From Pseudoalteromonas translucida KMM 520 (lineage in GTDB: Bacteria; Pseudomonadota; Gammaproteobacteria; Enterobacterales; Alteromonadaceae): DNA of 32,000 nucleotides. The stretch spans positions 90,001-122,000 of the forward strand of contig NZ_CP011034.1 of the NCBI RefSeq assembly GCF_001465295.1, in the 5' to 3' direction. The position numbers and the translations under genes are program-made. Below the pieces are notes generated by a model. That model was not told the DNA's origin. It was given only the letters and a program-made list of their open reading frames with translations, and did not search any database. This document shows, one piece after another, positions 18,002 through 25,382 of the stretch. Position 1 is the stretch's first letter; every line of letters begins with the position of its first letter.

Positions 18002-19468
18002 TTAGAGAATGTTAAGGCTCTGCCAAATGTCGTCTACGCGATCTTTGGTGGCTTTATCCATCTCAATCGGCTCGCCCCATTCACGGTTTGTTTCGCCAGG
18101 CCATTTATTCGTTGCATCCATACCCATTTTAGAGCCAAGGCCAGAAATTGGTGACGCAAAATCTAAATAATCAATTGGTGTATTTTCTATTAAAGTGGTA
18201 TCGCGAGCGGGGTCCATACGCGTAGTAATTGCCCAAATAACATCTTCCCAATCTCGGGCGTTAATATCGTCATCGCACACAATAACAAACTTGGTATACA
18301 TAAATTGACGTAAGTAAGACCACACTCCCATCATTACGCGTTTTGCATGGCCGGGATATTGTTTTTTCATGGTAACAATAGCCATGCGGTACGAGCAGCC
18401 TTCTGGCGGTAAGTAAAAATCAACAATTTCAGGGAATTGTTTTTGTAAAATAGGTACAAATACTTCGTTTAATGCCACCCCTAAAATAGCAGGCTCATCA
18501 GGCGGGCGGCCAGTAAAGGTACTGTGGTAAATAGGGTTTTTACGGTGGGTCATATGGGTTACTGTCATCACCGGAAAGTCGTCAACTTCGTTATAATATC
18601 CGGTGTGATCGCCATACGGACCTTCAGGTGCCATTTCACCTGGCATTATGTAGCCTTCAAGTACTATTTCGGCGCTTGCGGGTACTTGTAAATCGTTTGA
18701 TATTGATTTAACTACTTCAGTTTTACTACCGCGCAGTAAGCCTGCAAAAGCGTATTCGCTTAATGTGTCGGGTACGGGGGTTACTGCACCTAATATAGTT
18801 GCCGGATCGGCGCCCAATGCCACAGATACCGGGTACGGTTGGCCTGGGTTTTCTTTACACCATTCTTGAAAATCAAGCGCACCGCCACGGTGTGATAACC
18901 AGCGCATAATAATTTTATTTTTGCCTAACAGTTGCTGGCGGTATATGCCTAAATTTTGGCGCTTTTTATAAGGCCCTTTAGTAACGGTAAGGCCCCAAGT
19001 AATTAACGGTGCGGCATCGCCTGGCCAGCAATGTTGAATAGGCAGTTTAGTTAAATCGACCTCATCACCTTGTAAAATAACTTCTTGGCAGGGGGCTTTT
19101 TTTACTTCTTTAGCTGGCATATTAAGCACTTGTTTATAAACAGGTATTTGCCCTAACGCTTCTTTAATGCCTTTTGGTGGCTCTGGTTCTTTTAAAAAAG
19201 CCAAGAGCTTGCCAACTTCACGTAATTCGCTTACATCTTCTTGGCCCATGCCCATGGCAACACGCTTGGGTGTGCCAAATAAGTTAGCCAATACCGGAAT
19301 ATCGTAACCTTTAGGGTTTTCAAATAATAACGCAGGGCCTTTGGCACGTAATGTACGGTCGGCTATTTCGGTCATTTCAAGATACGGGTCGATTTCTTGA
19401 GTGATGCGTTTAAGCTCACCTCTTTTTTCAAGTAAATCGATAAAATCACGAAGATCTTTGTATTTCAT
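18002..19468 (-). CDS. ubiD: 4-hydroxy-3-polyprenylbenzoate decarboxylase
   Basis: 488 aa. It starts [22 protein letters not shown] and is UbiD-like along its full length (...[11 protein letters not shown]...). Confidence 0.95.
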   Translation of the reverse strand: MKYKDLRDFIDLLEKRGELKRITQEIDPYLEMTEIADRTLRAKGPALLFENPKGYDIPVLANLFGTPKRVAMGMGQEDVSELREVGKLLAFLKEPEPPKGIKEALGQIPVYKQVLNMPAKEVKKAPCQEVILQGDEVDLTKLPIQHCWPGDAAPLITWGLTVTKGPYKKRQNLGIYRQQLLGKNKIIMRWLSHRGGALDFQEWCKENPGQPYPVSVALGADPATILGAVTPVPDTLSEYAFAGLLRGSKTEVVKSISNDLQVPASAEIVLEGYIMPGEMAPEGPYGDHTGYYNEVDDFPVMTVTHMTHRKNPIYHSTFTGRPPDEPAILGVALNEVFVPILQKQFPEIVDFYLPPEGCSYRMAIVTMKKQYPGHAKRVMMGVWSYLRQFMYTKFVIVCDDDINARDWEDVIWAITTRMDPARDTTLIENTPIDYLDFASPISGLGSKMGMDATNKWPGETNREWGEPIEMDKATKDRVDDIWQSLNIL

Positions 19469-19628
19469 TGTGGGCCGCTATTAAGCAATAAAGTTAAAAG
19501 TATTATACCCAAGTAACGTAAAATTGCATGCTCAGTTACTTAGCCATTAGCACTTGGAAAAATACAGTTACTTTGTATCGCTAAACTTGGTTTATCACGG
19601 TTTAATTTTATTAGTTTTACTGTATCAG

Positions 19629-19910
19629 CTACTGTTGTAGGCAGTGGTATTTTATCCCTTCAATAATAAGCATGGCTTCACTATCTTTACTCCAAAACAA
19701 CACACTTTTATTTATGTATTTATTACCAGAGGCACTTTTTTCTCGGCTAAGCTGATAAGTATTACTATTAAGTGTTAGTGCTGCTGTTTGCTCATTGATA
19801 ACACTAAGCGTGGCTTCTTTTTGATTACACAGGTAGCGAGTATTAATTGTGGGCTCATTACAAGCAGATAAGCCTAATACACTTAATGCGATTATCAGCA
19901 GCGCTTTCAT
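19629..19910 (-). CDS. Small lipoprotein, MliC-like (membrane-bound lysozyme inhibitor family)
   Basis: 93 aa. It has a signal peptide with lipobox LSAC. The Y-x-C...SASGNKY...[11 protein letters not shown]...C layout resembles the MliC family pattern (from memory). A GGAGA Shine-Dalgarno is present. Confidence 0.55.
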   Translation of the reverse strand: MKALLIIALSVLGLSACNEPTINTRYLCNQKEATLSVINEQTAALTLNSNTYQLSREKSASGNKYINKSVLFWSKDSEAMLIIEGIKYHCLQQ

Positions 19911-20050
19911 TTATATCTCCAGTGCAAACAGCAAATAATTACCGATATTTGCGTATTAATTTTAATCAGCATAACAAAGCAAAATTAACCGTTGGTGAAA
20001 ATGTAGCTTTAAGTTATGTTAATAATATTATTTTTAAGCTAGGTATATAT

Positions 20051-20956
20051 ATGGCAGGTACTAATCTTTTAACCTTATTAGACGACATTACTGTGCTGCT
20101 AGATGACATTGCAACTATGAGTAAAGTTGCTACGAAAAAAACAGCGGGTGTATTAGGTGATGACTTAGCGCTTAATGCTCAACAAGTTACCGGTGTAGCT
20201 GCAGAGCGCGAGCTACCTGTGGTGTGGGCGGTAGCAAAAGGATCGTTTTTAAATAAAGCAATATTAGTACCTACTGCATTATTAATAAGTGTGTGGTTAC
20301 CTTGGTTAATTACGCCATTATTAATGCTAGGTGGATTATTTTTATGTTTTGAAGGCGCAGAAAAAGTATTTGCCAAGTTTTTGCCTCATGATGATAAAAG
20401 CGAAAGTGAGGGCGACAAATTAGACCTAGTAGAATACGAGAAGCAAAAAGTTAAAGGCGCGATTAGAACCGACTTTATACTTTCTGCAGAGATAATAGTA
20501 ATTACGCTTGGTACAGTTGCAGCTGCTACATTAATAAATCAGGCATTGGTATTGTGTGTTATTGCCATAATTATGACCATTGGCGTTTATGGCTTAGTTG
20601 CAGGAATTGTGAAGCTTGATGATGCAGGGCTATATTTACTTAATCAATCTAAGCAATCGGCTAATAAATTTAAAGAAATACTAGGCAAAGGGTTGTTAGC
20701 GGCAGCACCACGGCTTATGCAGTTTTTGGCATTTGCGGGTACAGTTGCAATGTTTTTAGTTGGCGGCGGCATTTTAGTGCATGGCATTAAAGCTTTGCAT
20801 CATATTCAAATAGCGGTAACCAATTATGGGCAAACAATTGTAGGTACTACCGGTGAAGTGCTAGCACCACTTATATTTGATGGCTTATTGGGTGTGATAG
20901 CTGGCTTAGTTGTTGTGCTTGGGCATTTAGCTTATTTAAAAATATTCAAAAAATAG
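20051..20956 (+). CDS. yedI: DUF808 inner-membrane protein (YedI family)
   Basis: From ATG 20051 the protein starts [46 protein letters not shown]. This is nearly identical in pattern to the E. coli YedI N-terminus as recalled. The ORF-track start at 19847 adds 68 non-homologous residues and overlaps the divergent lipoprotein gene. Confidence 0.8.
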   Translation: MAGTNLLTLLDDITVLLDDIATMSKVATKKTAGVLGDDLALNAQQVTGVAAERELPVVWAVAKGSFLNKAILVPTALLISVWLPWLITPLLMLGGLFLCFEGAEKVFAKFLPHDDKSESEGDKLDLVEYEKQKVKGAIRTDFILSAEIIVITLGTVAAATLINQALVLCVIAIIMTIGVYGLVAGIVKLDDAGLYLLNQSKQSANKFKEILGKGLLAAAPRLMQFLAFAGTVAMFLVGGGILVHGIKALHHIQIAVTNYGQTIVGTTGEVLAPLIFDGLLGVIAGLVVVLGHLAYLKIFKK

Positions 20957-21009
20957 CGCTAATTCACAGCTTACAATTATTGCCTGTTCAACAACCGTAT
21001 TGTTAAATA

Positions 21010-21037
21010 AGCCCATACAGTTAAATGTGTATGGGCT
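21010..21037. terminator. Hairpin between convergent yedI and the TonB-dependent receptor gene
   Basis: A 10-bp perfect stem, AGCCCATACA (21010-21019) with TGTATGGGCT (21028-21037), encloses an 8-nt loop. The flanks are AT-rich but there is no clean T-run. Confidence 0.45.
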
Positions 21038-21044
21038 GTATTAA

Positions 21045-23120
21045 TTAAAAGCTAAATTGTGCTGCTAAGCGTACGCTCGCTCCTTCGCCTATGGTTACAT
21101 TATTTAAGCCACCACCTGCTAGGTAGTTAGTATCAAATAAGTTTTCAATATTGAGGCGTAAGTTAACGTCGGTATTGTTTAAGTTTATTTTATACGTTGC
21201 ACCCACATCTACGCGGGTATAGGCATCTTTAGTAACGGTATTGGCATTGTCGGCAAAGCGTTCGCCTTCGTAAAATGCACCTGCGTTTAATGCAATTACG
21301 TCGTTTAATTCGTAACGAGTCCATAGTGATGCAGACCATTTAGGGGCATCGGTAGGGCGCTTACCTTGCAATGTTGCGTCGCGCTCATAGTTGGCATCTA
21401 AATACATAGTTGATGCCATTACAAATAAGCGGTCAGTTGCTGCGCCTTGTGCTGCTAACTCAAAGCCTTTATGGCGCTGTTCGCCAGCTTGAGTGGTGAT
21501 GCTTGTTATATTATCAATAGGGTTAACAAGATCTTCGCTCACTAAAGTGCCAGTTTTGCTAATATCAAATAATGCGCCACTGAGCATTAAGCGATCGTCA
21601 AACAGCTGCCATTTAATACCAATTTCTTTTTGCTCAGAGGTAATCGCATCGAGCTTCATACCATTATTAACATCGTTTGTATTTACTAACGTTTCGTTTT
21701 GCGGCTCAAAGCCCTCAGAGTAACTGCCGTAAATAGTGGCTGAGGCATTAGGGTGATATAGCACACCCACTTTAGGAACAAACGATTCATTATTACTATT
21801 TTCTTTACTTTGCTTATCGTAACGACCACCTAAAGATAGCTGCCATTCTGGTGATAACGAAATGAGATCTTGTATGTAAATACCGTAATAATCATAAGCA
21901 GATGAGCTAATAGTGTCATCGGTTTTATAGCTTATAGTTGGGCGAGATGGTTCGCTTTGCCCGGCGCTAAAGTCAAATGAGTCGGCATTAGTTTTTAATT
22001 GGCCGTAATAATAATCAAGCGAATTTGCGCCAATTAAAAATTGATGCTGAATACCAAAGGTTTCAAATTCACCAATAAAGTCAATAAAGGCGGTTTTAAA
22101 CTGCCAATCATCAAAACGATCGTAAGGTTTTGAGGTGTAGCTATCACCCTCGATAAAGTTACTTGGTTTACGTGGCGATGACTCAAAGCGTTGACGCTCA
22201 AATGTTTGCTCGTTGTAACCAAGCTTTACTTGCCAGTTTTCGGTTAAAAATACTTCTAGGTCAACACCTAGGTTTTCTACCGTTATATCGGTAAACGCCC
22301 AAGACATATCGCGAATTGTTTTATCGTCGCCAATTACATTGGCATTACTATCAATCCAGGCACCCGTATCTAAACCGGCTTCGTCATCTGTGCGGTCGTA
22401 ATGTACGCGTACTAAGGCGTTATCGCTAATATCGTAATCAACAATTAATGCACCTAAAAAACGATCGCGTTCACGGTTTTCACCATTTTGGTATTCACGC
22501 CAATAATCAACATCTTGCTTTACTAAAATACCACGAGCACGTAAATCTTCCGATTCAGTAAGTGCACCGCCCGCATCCAGCATAAAGCGGGTTGAGCCAT
22601 GTTGATCAACATCGGCACTGGCTTTAAATAGTGTTTGCGACGTGGGTTTTTTAGTTACCATATTAACCAAGCCACCAGGACCCGATTGGCCATATAAAAT
22701 ACTAGATGGACCTTTAATAACTTCAACCTGTTGTAATATTTCGATAGGTTGTTGGTAGTGCGACCAGTGCTGATGGCCGTCACGTAAGTAACCTGTAGAT
22801 GAACTCAGTTCAAACCCGCGTAAATTAAATACTTCACGGTTACGTTGCTTTGAACCTGGCGTTAAGCTGGCGTCATTAGTAAGTACTTCACCTAACGTAG
22901 TTGCGAGTTGTTCATTTACTATAGTGTCGGTAATAACGGTAACCGACTGTGCGGTATCAAGTAATGAAGCAGACGTTCTCATTGCGCCATTAGCATTGTC
23001 TACTTTATAGTCATTAAAATAACTTCCTTTTACTTCTATATGTTCTATATCTGTTGCGTTTGCATAAACACTCGCAGTAGTACTTGCTAGCAGTGCGATA
23101 AAAAGTGGGCTTAGTTTCAT
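21045..23120 (-). CDS. TonB-dependent siderophore-type outer-membrane receptor
   Basis: From ATG 23120 the protein starts MKLSPLFIALLASTTASVYA (signal peptide). It then has a plug domain (IEHIEVKG, NLRGF, VEVIKGPSSILYG), a long beta-barrel and the terminal aromatic motif AAQFSF. The ORF-track TTG start at 23228 adds 36 residues with no signal-peptide logic. Confidence 0.85.
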   Translation of the reverse strand: MKLSPLFIALLASTTASVYANATDIEHIEVKGSYFNDYKVDNANGAMRTSASLLDTAQSVTVITDTIVNEQLATTLGEVLTNDASLTPGSKQRNREVFNLRGFELSSSTGYLRDGHQHWSHYQQPIEILQQVEVIKGPSSILYGQSGPGGLVNMVTKKPTSQTLFKASADVDQHGSTRFMLDAGGALTESEDLRARGILVKQDVDYWREYQNGENRERDRFLGALIVDYDISDNALVRVHYDRTDDEAGLDTGAWIDSNANVIGDDKTIRDMSWAFTDITVENLGVDLEVFLTENWQVKLGYNEQTFERQRFESSPRKPSNFIEGDSYTSKPYDRFDDWQFKTAFIDFIGEFETFGIQHQFLIGANSLDYYYGQLKTNADSFDFSAGQSEPSRPTISYKTDDTISSSAYDYYGIYIQDLISLSPEWQLSLGGRYDKQSKENSNNESFVPKVGVLYHPNASATIYGSYSEGFEPQNETLVNTNDVNNGMKLDAITSEQKEIGIKWQLFDDRLMLSGALFDISKTGTLVSEDLVNPIDNITSITTQAGEQRHKGFELAAQGAATDRLFVMASTMYLDANYERDATLQGKRPTDAPKWSASLWTRYELNDVIALNAGAFYEGERFADNANTVTKDAYTRVDVGATYKINLNNTDVNLRLNIENLFDTNYLAGGGLNNVTIGEGASVRLAAQFSF

Positions 23121-23157
23121 TAGTTGTTTCCGGGTTAATAGTATTAATGCTGAGTTA

Positions 23158-23186
23158 ACCTTAATGAAAACTAGTATCATTTGCAA
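23158..23186 (-). promoter_or_regulatory. Candidate receptor promoter with a Fur-box-like sequence in its spacer
   Basis: On the minus strand: TTGCAA (23181-23186), a 17-nt spacer, then TAAGGT (23158-23163). Positions 23160-23178 match the 19-bp Fur consensus GATAATGATAATCATTATC at 13/19 (hand alignment), and the match covers the spacer. Confidence 0.3.
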
Positions 23187-23305
23187 TGCCTTTTGGTGTG
23201 TTTTTTTATAATGCTTAATGGTTGCCAATTAGGAATTCTGCTATTATTAGCAGCATATTGAGTGGGGCTTTCCCCCATGTTATTTTTTTTGCATTGGAAT
23301 TTACT

Positions 23306-24694
23306 GTGACCACAACTGCTTTTTCATCTTTGGCTTTACCTTCTGGGTTAGTTGATAACTTATCAACACTCGGCTACACCCACATGACACCTGTTCAGGC
23401 GCAAAGTTTACCGCCAGTACTGGCTGGAAAAGACATTATTGCTCAAGCAAAAACGGGGTCAGGTAAAACTGCGGCGTTTAGCTTAGGCGTATTGGCTAAA
23501 TTAAACGTAAAACGTTTTCGTATTCAATCTTTAGTATTGTGCCCAACACGCGAGTTGGCAGAGCAAGTAGCTGTAGAAATGCGCAAATTAGCGCGTGGCA
23601 TTCATAATATTAAAATACTTACTTTATGTGGTGGTGTATCAATTGGCCCACAAATTGGCTCACTTGAACATGGCGCACATATTATTGTTGGTACACCGGG
23701 GCGAGTTGATGATCATATTCGTAAAGGTACTTTGCGTTTAGATGATGTAGAAACGCTCGTACTAGATGAAGCCGATCAAATGCTAGATATGGGTTTTCAA
23801 GATACCTTAGATGCAATTATTGAGCGCATTCCCACTAACCGCCAAACATTACTATTTAGCGCTACGTTTCCACGTGCAATAGAAGCTGTTGCAAAGCGTG
23901 TGCTTAGCAATCCAGTAATGGTTAAGGTAGAAGAAGAGCAAGCTAAAAGCACTATTAAGCAATACTTCTATAAAATGGATAACAATAAACAACGCTACCC
24001 AACACTTAAATTATTGCTGCTTAAATTTACCCCGCAAAGCTGCGTGGTGTTTTGTAATACTAAGGTAGAAACACAGCAATTGTGTGATGATTTAGTTGAT
24101 GAAGGCTTTAGTGCGGTATCTTTGCATGGTGATTTAGAGCAGCGTGATCGTGAGCGTACGTTAATTCATTTTTCTAATAAAAGTGCATCAATACTAGTGG
24201 CAACCGATGTGGCCGCGCGTGGTTTAGACATTGACGATATGGATATGGTGATTAACTATCACTTAGCTCACGACACACAAACACATGTGCATCGTATTGG
24301 TCGTACCGGTAGAGCGGGTAAAAAGGGTATTGCATGCTCTATTTATGGTGAAGCAGAAGCGTTTAAAATTGCACAAATTGGTGATCATTATGAACGCGAT
24401 GTGATCCCAGAGCCAATGCCATCGTTTAGCTTATTAGAAAAACCACCGTACAAACCAGAAATGGTAACCTTAATGCTTGATTCTGGTAAAAAGCAAAAAG
24501 TACGTGCAGGTGATATTTTAGGGGCACTTACCGGTAAAGACGGTATTGCAGGGCGTCAAGTTGGTAAAATAAACGTACTCGACAACGTTGCGTTTGTTGC
24601 CGTAGAGCGTAACTCTTCAAAGCCGGCACTGCGTAAATTAACCGAAGGTAATATTAAAGGCCGTAAAATACGCGCTCGTCGCCTTACGTGCTAA
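23306..24694 (+). CDS. dbpA: ATP-dependent RNA helicase DbpA (DEAD-box, 23S rRNA-dependent)
   Basis: From GTG 23306 the protein starts (M)TTTAFSSLALPSGLVDNLSTLGYTHMTPVQ, collinear with the E. coli DbpA N-terminus (MTAFSTLNVLP...LGYLTMTPVQ, recalled). The helicase motifs are AKTGSGKT, DEAD, SAT and HRIGRTGRAG. A DbpA-type C-terminal RNA-binding domain is present (GDILGALTG...). The upstream in-frame TTG 23222 is unlikely. Confidence 0.88.
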   Translation: MTTTAFSSLALPSGLVDNLSTLGYTHMTPVQAQSLPPVLAGKDIIAQAKTGSGKTAAFSLGVLAKLNVKRFRIQSLVLCPTRELAEQVAVEMRKLARGIHNIKILTLCGGVSIGPQIGSLEHGAHIIVGTPGRVDDHIRKGTLRLDDVETLVLDEADQMLDMGFQDTLDAIIERIPTNRQTLLFSATFPRAIEAVAKRVLSNPVMVKVEEEQAKSTIKQYFYKMDNNKQRYPTLKLLLLKFTPQSCVVFCNTKVETQQLCDDLVDEGFSAVSLHGDLEQRDRERTLIHFSNKSASILVATDVAARGLDIDDMDMVINYHLAHDTQTHVHRIGRTGRAGKKGIACSIYGEAEAFKIAQIGDHYERDVIPEPMPSFSLLEKPPYKPEMVTLMLDSGKKQKVRAGDILGALTGKDGIAGRQVGKINVLDNVAFVAVERNSSKPALRKLTEGNIKGRKIRARRLTC

Positions 24695-24724
24695 TAATGT
24701 ATTGAATAACTAATTCAATAATTA

Positions 24725-25309
24725 CTAATCTATTGAGCAGCTTGCCCTAAGCTGCTCATATTCACACTTTAACTGTTTAAATTTTTCTGCATTACCAACT
24801 GCTTTATCAGGATGACACTGTAACGCCAGTTGCCGCCAACGTTTTTGTACTTCTTTTAGCGTGCTTTGCTGAGATAGTTGCCACTTTACTAATAGCTGTT
24901 TATGAGTGTCTGGATCTATTATTTGTGCAGATTTACTGTGCTTGGTAAAACGCTGCCAAAACTGGGTTAAAAGAGCATCGATTTCGGCGCTAGAGGTTTC
25001 AAAGTTTTGCCAATCAAGGTAGTAGTCTCGTAGCGGATCGGTACTTTTTACGAGGGTGTTACTGGCTGTGGTAATAAGTTGTATTTGTAAACCACCAATA
25101 AGGAGTTGCTGCTTAGGCATAATTTGCTGCTGTAGCTGATAAAGCGCGTTCATAATTAAAAAGTTACGTTTGAATAAATCACGATCAGGGGCAGCATCAA
25201 GCGTGCTAATCACTTTACGTTGTTGTAACTCTGCCGCTAAAGTATGCACCATCCATACTTTTTTTTGCAAAAGCAACTCAAAAATCTCATCTATCAGTGG
25301 GTTAAGCAT
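24725..25309 (-). CDS. DnaJ-related protein: N-terminal domain of unknown function plus a C-terminal J-domain
   Basis: 194 aa. The C-terminus, LKEVQKRWRQLALQCHPDKAVGNAEKFKQLKCEYEQL, contains the HPD tripeptide of J-domains. The N-terminal ~140 aa resembles the 'DNA-J related' family (PF12339, from memory). Confidence 0.7.
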   Translation of the reverse strand: MLNPLIDEIFELLLQKKVWMVHTLAAELQQRKVISTLDAAPDRDLFKRNFLIMNALYQLQQQIMPKQQLLIGGLQIQLITTASNTLVKSTDPLRDYYLDWQNFETSSAEIDALLTQFWQRFTKHSKSAQIIDPDTHKQLLVKWQLSQQSTLKEVQKRWRQLALQCHPDKAVGNAEKFKQLKCEYEQLRASCSID

Positions 25310-25382
25310 TGTTTACAATCTAGTTATTAGTGTATCTTGGGTAAATTATCATAGTGGCTACAAAAGTTTCAAGGATGTAATT

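Noticed and set aside
19847-20050. A 68-residue N-terminal extension of the DUF808 ORF, as given in the track.
   Set aside because: Homology to YedI begins exactly at ATG 20051 ([12 protein letters not shown]...). The extension overlaps the divergent lipoprotein gene and its promoter region.
23121-23305. TTG-initiated extensions of both the receptor ORF (to 23228) and the dbpA ORF (from 23222). These would make the two divergent genes overlap.
   Set aside because: The receptor signal peptide starts at ATG 23120, and DbpA homology starts at GTG 23306. The extensions carry no signal-peptide or helicase homology and would leave no promoter space.
25170-25382. A 71-residue TTG-initiated extension of the TPR kinase ORF that overlaps the J-domain gene.
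   Set aside because: ATG 25383 has a proper AGGA Shine-Dalgarno and is immediately followed by the hydrophobic signal/TM segment. The extension is antisense to a supported gene.
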